From the NCBI GenBank assembly GCA_963666835.2, contig CAXXGO010000001.1, positions 1,440,001-1,504,000 of the forward strand: a stretch of 64,000 nt of DNA, written 5' to 3'. Every line of letters starts with the position of its first letter. Position 1 is the first letter of the stretch. Both the position numbers and the translations under genes were made by a program. The stretch comes from Phycisphaerae bacterium (GTDB lineage: Bacteria > Planctomycetota > Phycisphaerae > UBA1845). Shown in pieces: positions 9,910 to 20,878 of this stretch. Below the pieces are notes generated by a model. That model saw only the letters and a list, made by a program, of their open reading frames with translations, made no database searches and was not told where the DNA came from.

Positions 9910-11622
9910 ATGCAGCGGCGAGTCCTCCTGTGGGTGTTGTGGGCGGCATGTTCGGCAGCGCCCGGTGTGCTTGCAACGGAGCCGGCCTGGATTGCGAAGG
10001 GGCGGCAGGGCATGGTGGCGAGCGACTCGCCCCATGCTTCGCGGGCGGGGCTCGAGATTCTCCAAGCGGGAGGCAACGCGATTGATGCGTCCGTGGCGGT
10101 GTCGTTTGCCCTGGGGGTGACGCGCCCGTACAGCACCGGACTCGGCGGCGGTGGGTTTCTGATAGCCCGATTCGCCGATGGGCGGATTCTGGTTCGGGAT
10201 AGTCGCGAGACGGCCCCGGCAGCCGCGATGGCTGACATGTTCATTGTGCAAGAGGACGCAGCGTCCGGTGGTCCGCCTCCCAGCCGCTACGGGCATCTGG
10301 CAGTTGCGGTGCCGGGCTTGTTGGCCGGTCGGTGTCGGACCTTGGCGGAGCATGGCACGATGCCTCTTGCTAAGGTGATGGCTCCGGCGATTCGGCTGGC
10401 GAAGGAGGGGTTTCCCGTTGACGAGCACTACGTCAAGCAGACTGTCGATGTGTTGAAGCGATATCAGCGTTATCCGGAGTTGATCCGGTCATGTTCCTAC
10501 GTTCATCGCGTCCATTTGCGAGACGGCCGCCTGCGGAGCATCGGGGACACGCTGGCCCAACCGGAGTTGGGGCGCCTGCTGGAAGAGATCAGTCGCGAGG
10601 GTCCGGACTTCTTCTACCGCGGTCCCGTTGCCAGCGCGTTGGCGAAAGAGATGCGGTGTCATGGCGGAATAATCACGGAGAACGATCTGGCGGAATACAC
10701 GGTTTGCGATCGTAAGCCCGTGTCTGCCAGTTACCGCGGCTATCAGGTTATCTCGATGCCTCCTCCGTCTTCGGGCGGGATTGCCCTTATCGAGTCGTTG
10801 AACATTCTGGAGACTGTCGATCTGGCAGCAATTGCGCAGAGTGACTCGGGGTTGTCACTTCATTATCGAATCGAGGCAATGAAGAATGCCTTCGCCGATC
10901 GGGCGCGGTGGCTGGGAGACACGGACTTTGTATCGGTTCCGGTGGGGCATTTGACGTCGAAGGGCTACGCGCGGTCGTTGGCGGACCGGATCGACCCTCT
11001 GGCCGTGGGGAGTGTTGGCGGGTACGGTTCGGTCAACCTTCCGGACGACTCCGGAACCTCGCATTTCTGTGTGGCGGATCGGTGGGGTAATGTGGTCAGC
11101 AGCACCGAGACCATTAATACCTTCTTCGGATCGCTCGCCGCAGTAGACGAATGGGGGTTGATACTAAACAACGAAATGGACGACTTCGTCGCCCGCCCGG
11201 GCAGCCCGAACGCCTACGGGTTGATTCAGTCCGTCAACAACGCGATTGCGCCGCGCAAGCGGCCTCTTTCCAGCATGGCCCCGACCATTGTGCTGAGCGA
11301 CGGCGCGCCGCACATGCTTCTTGGGGCTTCGGGCGGTCCGCGAATCATCAGCGCGGTTTTGAACGTTATGGTTGCGGTGACGGATCATGCGATGTCGCTG
11401 GAAGAGGCTATGCGGGTCCAACGTCCTCATCACCAATGGGCTCCCGATCTGTTGTTCTTCGATGCCGCGCCGCCTCCGGAAATCGAGGCGACCCTGGCAG
11501 CGCGAGGGCACCAGATAGCCGAGGAACACAAGACGGGCATCGTCCAGGCGATTCTCCGCGTTAATGACGGTTGGGTCGGTGCCAGTGACCCTCGCAAAGG
11601 CGGCCGACCGGCCGGGTACTGA
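9910..11622 (+). CDS. ggt: gamma-glutamyltransferase (exported)
   Basis: Signal peptide, GGNAIDA, PPPSSGG, catalytic GTSHF, LNNEMDDF, RPLSSMAP and GASDPRK. Confidence 0.95.
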   Translation: MQRRVLLWVLWAACSAAPGVLATEPAWIAKGRQGMVASDSPHASRAGLEILQAGGNAIDASVAVSFALGVTRPYSTGLGGGGFLIARFADGRILVRDSRETAPAAAMADMFIVQEDAASGGPPPSRYGHLAVAVPGLLAGRCRTLAEHGTMPLAKVMAPAIRLAKEGFPVDEHYVKQTVDVLKRYQRYPELIRSCSYVHRVHLRDGRLRSIGDTLAQPELGRLLEEISREGPDFFYRGPVASALAKEMRCHGGIITENDLAEYTVCDRKPVSASYRGYQVISMPPPSSGGIALIESLNILETVDLAAIAQSDSGLSLHYRIEAMKNAFADRARWLGDTDFVSVPVGHLTSKGYARSLADRIDPLAVGSVGGYGSVNLPDDSGTSHFCVADRWGNVVSSTETINTFFGSLAAVDEWGLILNNEMDDFVARPGSPNAYGLIQSVNNAIAPRKRPLSSMAPTIVLSDGAPHMLLGASGGPRIISAVLNVMVAVTDHAMSLEEAMRVQRPHHQWAPDLLFFDAAPPPEIEATLAARGHQIAEEHKTGIVQAILRVNDGWVGASDPRKGGRPAGY

Positions 11623-11707
11623 CGGGACATTGTCATCTCTGCAGTGTCGCGCCCTTTCTTCCTTCTTTCGCCCCTGTCGGGATTAGTCGACATCTGCGGC
11701 ATCCTCC

Positions 11708-12327
11708 CCAGGGGCGCAAGCCCTCGTTGTTCTACACATCATTCGACGTATTCACCAACTGCAACCGTTCGATCTCTGATCTCGATTCTCCAACCCGAAG
11801 GGCTCAGATGAAGTAGCCGGGGGCAAGTCCGCCATCGGCGGACGCCGCCCCCGGACCCGATCCCCGCAACCAGCGTCACCCCGGTAGGGGTCAAATGCCT
11901 TGGGCGAATGCGTCTCGCGAGTCGGCCATGTCTGTCGACGCATTCTCAATAACGCCGGATAGCGGAAACAGACGCGCGGTTCATCGACGCCGCCTCTTTG
12001 ACCCTTTCAGGGTAATTGGGGTTGTTGGGCTTCCACCCGGGGGCGGCGGCCGCTACGCGGCCTTGCCCCCGGCTACTATCTTGCAGGCTTTCAGCCTGAA
12101 CACGTAGTCGGCTTGACGCCTTTCGCTGAGAAAGAAGCCGCGGCCTGTAGCTTGCCACGCTGGGGAATGGGGCGCCGGCGAGTCGGACGGATACGCTCGG
12201 CTCGCCCGGCAAAGATGTGTAGAACAGCGAGGGCTCACGCCCCTGGCTACACACCTGTGCCCCTTCGTGGTAGGAGCCTCATTCATTGACCATAATCCCA
12301 GGGTAGCCGCTGCGCGGCAACCCTGGG
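11708..12327. repeat. nested GTAG-tagged inverted repeats (REP/REPIN- or MITE-like cluster)
   Basis: Outer pair 11708-11740 / 12214-12246 has 3 mismatches in 33 bp. Inner pairs are 11813-11854 / 12037-12076 and 11877-11895 / 11997-12013. An extra palindrome lies at 12297-12327. Confidence 0.75.
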
Positions 12328-13117
12328 CTGGGGGACGGAATGCCGTTGGCGTACTCGAACGGGACGCAGTCCGCATATCAGAGAGGGCTCTCTCGTCTCG
12401 TCTGCCAAGGTTAGTACTATTGAGCTCCGCCCGGCGTTCTGCCTGCCGGATGCGCGACTCGCGGTGCGCCGCCCTAACGCCATCGAACGCGATTCAGCGT
12501 ACAACAAGCGTGTTGTCGGGTGGAGCCCTATCTTGGTTTGCCGAAGCCGCGTTTCGGGTTATCGGTCGCGCCGCGAACCCTCCTGTTCTCCGCGGAGACT
12601 CTGCAACGCCGCGATGACGCTGAGGTCAGAAGGCGAGCGTGCGTTCGACCTGCGGCACTGTTCTGATTACGCGTGGAACCGATCGAGCCTCGGGATGCTG
12701 CTGACGGTCGATTACCGGTCATCGTGGTTCGGGAGAATCCTGTTGGCTGGCGTTGTCGTCGTATCTTAGAGTTGGGTGTTCGACGCGTGCCCGGTTGCCT
12801 GGCGAAGCCCTTCGGAGGCGACTACGGTCCGCCGCATCCTGTTGGTCTATGAGGACTGGCGTGTAGGGTGCAGGGCCGAGGCTGTTGGAGCGGGGACGTG
12901 GTGAATGGACAGCATCTTTCGGGGTGATTAGGGAGGCGTGGTCTGGGGGGGCTCGACGTACCGAACAGCCCCGAAAAGAGAACTGTCTTGGAAGTTGAGG
13001 TGCTTCCCAGAGGGGGAAGAGGGTTGAGGCCGGCCGGGCTTGCGATGAACGATCGCTAGTCTGGCCGGCGTTGTTCTTGCGCTCCCTCCGGTCCGTCGGC
13101 CGGAGGTTGCCCGTGGC

Positions 13118-13913
13118 TCAACCTTGTCGCCGGCGCGAATCAGGGCCCGACAGGTGCGTGGTGAACCGGGGTGACGAGGGCCGCCCCACGGAGCGCGCCG
13201 GGGTGCGGGTTCGGGTGCCGCTTCTTCCGTTCCGGGTGCGTCTGTTGTCCCTCAAAGCCAACGCGGCATACCGCTGGTGCCGGGTGAGTCTGCGGACCAG
13301 GAGTTCGTCAACCGTGACGAGTTGCGCGCCTTTGGCCTCCATTTGTCGAATGGCAAGATCGGCGGCCGCCGGGTTCCAGAAACCGCAGGCATCCTGCACG
13401 ACGGTGACGACCTTGTCACGGGCGAGCAACCCGAGTACTAGGGCTTTCACCGAGTACTCGAGGGCATTCCCGTAGACGACAAACTCCTTCACTGGAAGCT
13501 GCGTGACGAAGCGGTCCGCTTTCGGATTGTTGAGCAGGTCGTCCGTACGGATTCGGAAGAGCACCTGCTGGAACCGGCGAAACAGATCCAGCGGAATCGA
13601 CAGCGTATTGTCGACTTCGATGCGGGCGCATTGCGGGAACCGCGTAAACGGCATCTTCTGCTGCCCGGTCGAGCCATCGACGCAGTGGACGGGGGCGCTC
13701 GTCACACACGACCTCGCACGGGCGATGGGAGTCGAGCGACGAGATAACCGGCGCACAATTCCACTTAGTCCAGGCGACGACCCGTCTTAGCGCCGGAATC
13801 AGTTCGTCAATGTTGAGTACGGGGCACGCCCCGTTACGTTCGCAGTAGTCGCGCTGCGTGTTCAGATCGATCGTGATGCACTCAAATGCCTGACCGTTTC
13901 TACGACTGACCAT
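13118..13913 (-). CDS. isochorismatase/nicotinamidase-family cysteine hydrolase-like protein, split by one frameshift
   Basis: N part (TIDLNTQRDYC...DSH) and C part (HCVDGSTG...YGNALEYSVKA...VVQDAC) join if one G of the G5 run at 13691-13695 is removed. Confidence 0.75.
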
Positions 13914-14550
13914 GCCGCTTTCCCCTCGCTGCACCCATGGAAATGCCCACGTGTCCGTCGGTTTCGATCTCCTGGGATATGCCGTCGGCGCGGTCTGAAG
14001 TTCCCCGATCCGGTCGGCCTCCCTCCTCCTCCTTCGTCCCGCAAGGTCAGAGATGCTCGACCCCGGGTATGCCACAGTCTAGCAGCGAAACAAGCCACTG
14101 GCGACCATCCTGTCAATTTTTTTGAACCTCCTTAATGGTAACGACTTACAGTGCGATAGGATTTGTCGCCGGCCTCTCGTTGCTCCGTTTAGGGGCTTTG
14201 CCTTCCGTTGGGCTGGGTACGGCGGACGAGGGGGGCCGCGCGATGCGGACGTTTCCATTCGTGGGTGAAGACCGGCAGAGTTTGCGCTTTCTCTGCGCAG
14301 AAGAAGCAAGGGCGCCGTGGTGGAGTTGCCGCCCCGAGCTGGTCGATATGTTCAATGGTTATCGGACAAAGGCGCCCTCCTCGATGGAGTATCTGCGGTC
14401 CTGAGTAACTGATTTTTGCACGGGCGGGAGCCGATGATTCGAAAGAGGATGTAACGAAGGGGGCTGCAGCCGAGAGCTTGGCGGAAGCCGGGGTCGGCGG
14501 CGGCTCATTCTGTCTGGGAAGAGACTCCTCATTCCGGAAACTAGCCGCCA

Positions 14551-15650
14551 ATGATGATGGTACGCCGTGGAATAACGAGACGGTTCTGCCTATGGACAGC
14601 GGGGGGTGTAGTAATCACGTCGATCGCCGGGTGCGCGCTCCTTGAGCAGAAAACGACCCGCGAAGATCGGAGCGGTCCGCATCCGATGCTCGCTGCGGTT
14701 CGAGCGCGCGAGATCAGCATGTTCGGTGACGTCAGTGATGGGCGAGGCCGGGATTATTTCACCCGGGCCGCCGGATCGATGCGGCAGCATACGTTCACCG
14801 AGCTCGGTGCCGATACCGATGCCGACATCGACGCGGATGGTCGGAGGATGGTCTTCTCGTCGACCAGGCACAACATCTACGCAGACCTGTATATCAAGTC
14901 GATTGACGGCGTAGCGGTGACGCAACTTACGAGCGATCCTTCATCGGACATCCAGCCGTCGTTCAGCCCGAGTGGGGAGCACGTGGCATTTGCGAGTGAT
15001 CGAAGCGGGAATTGGGACATTTGGATTATCAGTGCAGAGGGCGGACAACCGGTTCAGATCACGGATAGCCCGGCTCATGAGGCGCATCCGAGCTGGTCGG
15101 TGGATGGTTCACAACTGGTCTTCTGCAGCTTGCCGGATAACGGGGATCAATGGGAACTGTGGATCACCGATGCAGTGCGAGGTCCTGCTAAGAGGTTCAT
15201 TGGTTACGGGCTCTTTCCCGAGTGGTCTCCGGTCGGCGATACGATTCTCTCTTCCAGAGAGCGCGCGAGCGCGGAAGTAACCTGTTTAGCATTTGGACGT
15301 TGTCTTTGATCGATGGCGAACCTCGCTATCCGACGGAGCTGGCTTCGAGTGCGCATCAGGCCTTGATTATGCCGACTTGGAGTCCGGACGGGCTTCGCGT
15401 CGCTTTCGCGGGAGTCGAGAGTCTGCCTCCGAGCGAGACGGGTCCATCGGCCACCCGTGAGGTCGCCGACATCTGGCTCGTGGGCGTGGATGGGCGCGGC
15501 AAGATTCGCCTGACCGACGGACACACGGCTAATTACTCACCGGTGTTTTCTCCGAGTGGGAGAGTGTTTTTCACGACCCGACGAAGCGGGTTGGATACGA
15601 TCTGGTCGCTGCTGCCGGCCGGTCCCCTGGAGGGGGCGGCGCGCAACTGA
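14551..15650 (+). CDS. TolB-like PD40 beta-propeller lipoprotein, split by one frameshift
   Basis: Lipobox IAGC and repeats PSFSPSG, PSWSVDG, PEWSPVG, PTWSPDG, PVFSPSG. The frames join by removing one TC at about 15246-15253. Confidence 0.8.
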
Positions 15651-15866
15651 CCGGTGACCTGCGCAGGACGCCGCGGTTGCCGGAAACTAAAAGCGGTTTG
15701 AACGGCCCACAGGGACGTTAAGGCGGCAGCTTATGGGATGTTGGGAAATCGCTCGTTTCAGACGCAAGCAGGTCTGAGATTTGGACGATGAACCCAGTAC
15801 TCCAGGTTCCTGAATCCTGATGCCAGGAACACTCGCCGCGCGGATGGCGGTGAAAAGGGGATAAGC

Positions 15867-16640
15867 ATGGAGGCGGCGACGACACGAGTGCCGACCTGTG
15901 TTTGTTTGGCACGACGGGGATGGATCCCGGCGGGATTGGCTCTTTGCCTTGGATTGGCGGGAGGCTGCATCCTGCAGGAGAAGACGGTTGGCCCGGTGGT
16001 CGTGGCTAACCGGGACTTCGGGGCGATGACGATTGCGGTTGCCCCGGCGCTCAACCTGAGCGGTGCGGCGGATTTCGATCCCGATCGATTCGCCGACCTG
16101 ATGGCGAGCGAACTGAGTTACGTTGAGGGAGTTTCAGTCGTCCCGGTCAGTCGGGTCCTCGGCGTTCTCGCGACCCAGGGGGTTGACGGCGTAGAGTCGC
16201 CGACCCACGCGTTAGAGCTTGCTAGGGTGCTCAACGCGGATGCGATTCTTGTTTTTGCGGTAATGGAATATGACCCGTACGACCCGCCCAGCATTGGTAT
16301 CTCCGCTCAACTGTACGGAGTTCGGCCTGGGCCGGGTGTCGGCACGGTCGATCCGGTTGCTTTGTCGCGGCAAGCGAGTCTTGCGTCCGCGACGGGATCG
16401 GCAAGAACTCGCGGAATCCTCGCGCAGACCCAGCGAGTCTTCGACGCATCGCACGCCTCGGTGGTCGAGGAGATTCGTGAGTTCGCACGGTATCGTGATG
16501 CCGGCGGCAGCCCTTACGGCTGGCGGAAGTTCGTGGTGAGCCAGCAGGAGTACATCCGGTTCTGCTGCCATGCCACGATTCGGGAGTTAGTAGATGGGGG
16601 GAAAGGGCCTGTGCTCGCGGAGGCAAGACGCGAGAGGTAG
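15867..16640 (+). CDS. putative lipoprotein (alpha/beta, TolB-N/CsgG-like fold suspected)
   Basis: LGLAGGC lipobox-like sequence and LNADAILVFAVMEYDPYDPP. Co-oriented cluster. Confidence 0.6.
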   Translation: MEAATTRVPTCVCLARRGWIPAGLALCLGLAGGCILQEKTVGPVVVANRDFGAMTIAVAPALNLSGAADFDPDRFADLMASELSYVEGVSVVPVSRVLGVLATQGVDGVESPTHALELARVLNADAILVFAVMEYDPYDPPSIGISAQLYGVRPGPGVGTVDPVALSRQASLASATGSARTRGILAQTQRVFDASHASVVEEIREFARYRDAGGSPYGWRKFVVSQQEYIRFCCHATIRELVDGGKGPVLAEARRER

Positions 16641-16647
16641 GGATACC

Positions 16648-16854
16648 ATGAACGTCATTCGGCAACTGTCACTGGTGAAAGGTGAGGAACGATTCGTGTT
16701 CCGTTACCAAGCCGGGCAGGAGGCAGAGGTGATCGACGCATTTGCGTCAATGGCCTCGGATCAGTCCAGCGAATTCGACTGGTTTGATGCTGCCGTGCTC
16801 AGCTACCAGATGGGCCGAAGACTAGAGACGGAGCTCGATCAGATCGCCACATAG
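16648..16854 (+). CDS. small conserved-looking hypothetical protein (68 aa)
   Basis: MNVIRQLSLVKGEERFVFRY...FDWFDAAVLS with GAGG upstream. Fills the gap before xerC. Confidence 0.65.
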   Translation: MNVIRQLSLVKGEERFVFRYQAGQEAEVIDAFASMASDQSSEFDWFDAAVLSYQMGRRLETELDQIAT

Positions 16855-16941
16855 ATTGGAAGGGTTCGGGCGGTGGCCGCCTCCTGGTCTGGGACTCGGA
16901 CCAGGGCGAAGTGGTATTTTTCGCCGGCGTGTAGAGCGATC

Positions 16942-17961
16942 ATGAGAGAGAATTCATTGATTGACGAGTTCCTAAACTACCTGAAGTTCGAGCGGCACTT
17001 CTCGCCGCACACGGCCAAATGCTATGCTGCCGATCTCGCACAGTTCTGTGCGTTTCTCGGGGGTGGGCAGGCGAGCGGTGGAACCGGGGGTGGGTCCGGC
17101 GGAGCGCCGTTCGGATCACCCAGGCCTGTGGCCCGACCAGGGTCCGGGGACTCCGAGACGGAGACCGCGGTTCTGGTTGAGTCCGACGTCCAACAGAAAC
17201 TCCGCGATGTCGACGCGGAACGAGTGAAGGCGTTTCTCGTCTTTTCTGGGAGACCAGAACTACTCGAAGTCGACCATCGCGCGGAAGCTTGCCACGTTGC
17301 GGAGCTTCTACAAGTTCTGTTTGCGACGCGGGCATGTGAAGGTCCATCCGCTGGCTTCCATTCGCACTCCGAAGCAGGAGAAGCGTTTTGCCGAAGTTCC
17401 TCGAACTCGAGCAGATTAACAAGCTCCTCGGCACACCCCGACGACAACACGCTGTTGGGGGCGCGCGACCGGGCCATGCTGGAGGTGCTGTTCTCCACCG
17501 GCGTTCGGGTAAGCGAGCTGGTCGATCTGAATTTCACTGATGTCGATTTCACCGGTGGGACGATTCGCGTTCGCGGCAAAGGCAAGAAGCAGCGAACCAC
17601 GCCGATCGGTCCGACGGCAATAACCGCTATCCAGAGATACCTGGAGCTGCGGCGCGCCGATGCCCGGTCAGCCCGGTTCGACCAGGAGGCTTTGTTCGTC
17701 AACAAGCACGGACAGCGGCTCAGTACCCGCAGCGTCCGCCGGAAGCTGGACAAGTACCTCGCGGAGTGCGGGCTGGATCCTACGATCAGTCCTCACACTC
17801 TTCGCCACAGTTTCGCCACGCACATGCTCAACAACGGGGCGGACCTGCGGAGCGTGCAGGAGCTTCTAGGGCATCAGTCGCTTTCCACTACGCAGGTGTA
17901 CACGCACTTGACGACGCCGAGACTGAAGGCCGTCTACGACGAGGCTCATCCGCGGTCGTGA
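16942..17961 (+). CDS. xerC: XerC/D-type tyrosine recombinase (three compensating +1 indels in the middle)
   Basis: SPHTAKCY..DL, RDRAMLE..GVRVSEL, GKGKKQR, HTLRHSFATH and LGHQSLSTTQVYTH. The canonical STIARKLATLRSFYKF..PKQEKRLPKFL is found in alternate frames at 17242-17439. Confidence 0.88.
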   Translation: MRENSLIDEFLNYLKFERHFSPHTAKCYAADLAQFCAFLGGGQASGGTGGGSGGAPFGSPRPVARPGSGDSETETAVLVESDVQQKLRDVDAERVKAFLVFSGRPELLEVDHRAEACHVAELLQVLFATRACEGPSAGFHSHSEAGEAFCRSSSNSSRLTSSSAHPDDNTLLGARDRAMLEVLFSTGVRVSELVDLNFTDVDFTGGTIRVRGKGKKQRTTPIGPTAITAIQRYLELRRADARSARFDQEALFVNKHGQRLSTRSVRRKLDKYLAECGLDPTISPHTLRHSFATHMLNNGADLRSVQELLGHQSLSTTQVYTHLTTPRLKAVYDEAHPRS

Positions 17962-18056
17962 CGAGACCCTGACATAAGAGTTGACCAGGACCCCATCGGC
18001 TGGGACGCTTGCTGAAAGCGGTCCGGCCGATGTTTTTTGCGCAGAGCCGTCCACGG

Positions 18057-19751
18057 TCAGCGGGGGACTCGCTTTCTGATCTCCATTATCAACAGACGCT
18101 CGTCGACCGGGTAGGCTTGATAGCCGGCCGACTTCACTGCTTCCAGCAGTTGCTCGTGAATCGGGGCGCGCGGTCCGTTGCGTTGCCGGTCCAGAGAATC
18201 CTCCAGCAGCCAGACTCTGCCACCGCGCGTTATCGTTTCGGTGATCAGCTCGATTCGCCCGCGGGCGTCGCGTACTACTGCGGCAGCCTGCGCGGGGTCG
18301 GTATCCGCCGCAGTGTCGACCCAGCCTATCTGGCGGTCCAGCCACGAGGGGAAGCTGACAATCCGGGCTGCAAAGCCTGCGCGGTGCAGATAGTAAAGCA
18401 GGTAATCGCGATCGTACGACAACGCGATGACGAGGTCGGTGGGGGCGGTGATCTCCGCGAGACGTTGAGCGCGAACATTGGGGAACGTCGGCGGGGGGCG
18501 AAGCTGGAGCATCCGGGCGATCGGCATGACGCTGCATGCCGCCAGAGCGACGGGCATCGCCCACCCAAGCCGGAGGCCTCTGCGGCTTTGTGAACAGCGA
18601 ATCATCTGCGCTAACGTGAACGACATCCAGACGACACTTGCGGGCCAGGCGATCATATCGTATCGGCCGACAAGGTAATTCGGCCGAACCAACACGGAAT
18701 AGAGCCACGCGAGTACCAAAGGACCGAGCGCTGTCGCGGCAAGAAAGACGTGAGACGCGGACGATTTACTCGCGGTCCGCGTCTGATCATTCAGCGACCG
18801 GCGGCTCCGCACTACCGAGACGACCGCGCCGAGAAGAAGAACCGCCGGAAGGGCGCGGGCGACCCCGTTGGCGGTGACCAGCCAGGTATTCTCAAAGCGG
18901 ACAGTATCCGGCGATAGCAGAGATAAGCCGCGAAGATGGGCCGGGTAGGCCCCGGCGGGCAGGAATGCCCATAGAGAACGGGGGATGGCCGTGACCGGGT
19001 CCCAGTGGTGGGCGACCCAGGCGCCGCCACCACCTTGGGCGGCGGGCCAGACTGCCAGGACGAAGTATGGGGAAAACGCTACGCCGCCGACCGCTACGGT
19101 CACGAGCCAACGCCGCAGCGCGCGCGGGCGGTTGTCCGCAAGCAGTATTGCCGCCACGGAACACGGGACAAGGTAGAGCGTGAAGTAGTGCAGATGCAGG
19201 CATGCCAGTAGTGCGACCCCGAAGATTCCCCACCAGAACCACCCCCGGCGGCGGGACGCCTCCACCAGGGCCGCTAGCACGACCGTGACGTTGAGTAGCC
19301 AGAGAGCGTAGGCGCGGGCCTCGTGGGCGTAATGAATATGCAGGGGGTGAAGAGCGGCGATGATCGCGCAGACGATACCGGCGATCGGTCCACCCACCTG
19401 ACATGCCAGCAAGCTCAGTACGAGGACGGTCAAGACGGCCGCCACGGCGGACATCGATCGATACGCCGCCTCAGATTCGCCGAAGATGCTGCTCCAGCCG
19501 CGCAGGAGAACGTAGTAGGGGAGGTTCGTACTTTCTGCCAGGAGGTTGGAGTCCTCCGGCCAGTCGAACAGGTTATGCACGTAGATGAACGTGCAGCTTT
19601 CGTCAAACCAGAAATCACGGTTGCCGAGTCCGCTGAATCGCAGCCACCCGCCGAGCGAACCGGCGAGGACCAGGACCGCGACGAACGATCGTCGGCGCAG
19701 TGCGTCCCGGGTCACGTGATCCCCGGATATTTCCTGGGGGGGGTCAGCCAT
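18057..19751 (-). CDS. GT39/ArnT-like membrane glycosyltransferase
   Basis: FWFDES motif, PYYVLLRGW, HYAHEARAYAL and many TM helices. Confidence 0.8.
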   Translation of the reverse strand: MADPPQEISGDHVTRDALRRRSFVAVLVLAGSLGGWLRFSGLGNRDFWFDESCTFIYVHNLFDWPEDSNLLAESTNLPYYVLLRGWSSIFGESEAAYRSMSAVAAVLTVLVLSLLACQVGGPIAGIVCAIIAALHPLHIHYAHEARAYALWLLNVTVVLAALVEASRRRGWFWWGIFGVALLACLHLHYFTLYLVPCSVAAILLADNRPRALRRWLVTVAVGGVAFSPYFVLAVWPAAQGGGGAWVAHHWDPVTAIPRSLWAFLPAGAYPAHLRGLSLLSPDTVRFENTWLVTANGVARALPAVLLLGAVVSVVRSRRSLNDQTRTASKSSASHVFLAATALGPLVLAWLYSVLVRPNYLVGRYDMIAWPASVVWMSFTLAQMIRCSQSRRGLRLGWAMPVALAACSVMPIARMLQLRPPPTFPNVRAQRLAEITAPTDLVIALSYDRDYLLYYLHRAGFAARIVSFPSWLDRQIGWVDTAADTDPAQAAAVVRDARGRIELITETITRGGRVWLLEDSLDRQRNGPRAPIHEQLLEAVKSAGYQAYPVDERLLIMEIRKRVPR

Positions 19752-19814
19752 GTTCGAGCTCGGGCCGAATACGGTTGGGCCTCAATGACGAATCCTCTGC
19801 CGCCGGGCGGCGTC

Positions 19815-20816
19815 TTACGGCTGGGATGCCACCGGAATCGGCTCGGCTTCCGCAATGTCGGGCGCAAAGACGTAAACGCGTCGGTACGCGTCCAGATCGA
19901 CACCACTCTCGACGGTCAGGATACACAGCAGGGGGTTATTGCGATCGGGATCAATCCGGACGACCCTGCCGATCACCATCGGGGCCGGCAGCGTTGGATT
20001 CTCGCTGTCCGACAGGACCAGGTCGCCGACCTGGATGAACCCGGCCTGGGCGTTGCGGCGGTCGACATCGCGAATCTCCATCACTCCCTGACCTCGTCCC
20101 TTGAGCCAGTAGTATTGGTCGAGAATGACGAGTTCTTCGTCTTCGGCGAGGGCGCCGATGTGGACTTTCTGCTGAACGCTGACATCGCTGAGGAGTTTCA
20201 CGCGGGCGGTGTGTGTTCCAAGGTCCTGGGCAATAGTCCCGATCAGCACTTCGCCCAGCAGAATTGCCATGCCGTCCTGTATCTCGCGCGACTCGCCCGG
20301 CTCTACCGTGAACAGGCGAGAAGTAACAGCGTTGCCCCGATGGACGCCTTGCAGGCTTCCCGCCGTTATCAGGTGTGACGACCGCCACGGGAGCATGTCA
20401 GAGCTGACCACGCGGGCGGGGATGAGTCGACCACGGGCTCCGATCTGCCGATCTGCGGTGCCCCATAAACGGGTGGCCGTCAGGACGTCCACTTCTTCCT
20501 CAAGGTAATCAGCTCGAGCAGTCAGCGCCGCCAGACGGTGTTCCAGGGCGGCCTTTTGCTGGGCAAGCGCGGTGTACGCTTCGGCGGAAACCACGTTCCC
20601 GTCCGCCGCGACAGCGCCTGCGGCGGAATCAATCGCGGTGGCAGCGGCGTCCTGCAGGGGGGCGACGACTTGTATAAGGCTCACGAGTCCGCCGGTCCAC
20701 GCGCGCGGCAACAACAGACCTCCAACGGCCATGATCGCCAGGACGATCAATAAGTTTCGTTTTGATGAAGTCCGGTGATGTCGCGTCATACCAATGTCAC
20801 CGTGGCTCGAACCCAA
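19815..20816 (-). CDS. mreC: rod shape-determining protein MreC (divergent)
   Basis: N-terminal TM, coiled coil, ARVV..D, GDLVLS...P.P..IGRV. Immediately downstream of mreB. Start uncertain. Confidence 0.75.
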   Translation of the reverse strand: MGSSHGDIGMTRHHRTSSKRNLLIVLAIMAVGGLLLPRAWTGGLVSLIQVVAPLQDAAATAIDSAAGAVAADGNVVSAEAYTALAQQKAALEHRLAALTARADYLEEEVDVLTATRLWGTADRQIGARGRLIPARVVSSDMLPWRSSHLITAGSLQGVHRGNAVTSRLFTVEPGESREIQDGMAILLGEVLIGTIAQDLGTHTARVKLLSDVSVQQKVHIGALAEDEELVILDQYYWLKGRGQGVMEIRDVDRRNAQAGFIQVGDLVLSDSENPTLPAPMVIGRVVRIDPDRNNPLLCILTVESGVDLDAYRRVYVFAPDIAEAEPIPVASQP

Positions 20817-20878
20817 GCAGCGATTTCCGGCGGATGGCTCGGGGCGAAGGACCTTGGACTACTTCTTTGGGATCGGCG

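Noticed and set aside
9754..10428. 224-aa N-terminal extension of SelB in the ORF track
   Set aside because: It is antisense to ggt and has no domain signal; the GTPase begins shortly after Met at 9753.
12328..13110. Coding or RNA gene in the long gap
   Set aside because: Only short, unconvincing ORFs; no tRNA/rRNA or riboswitch pattern that I can recognise.
16942..17961. Integron integrase or prophage integrase
   Set aside because: No IntI-specific insertion is visible before HTLRH. The motifs are XerC/D-like, the context is chromosomal, and the gene is over 30 kb from the array.
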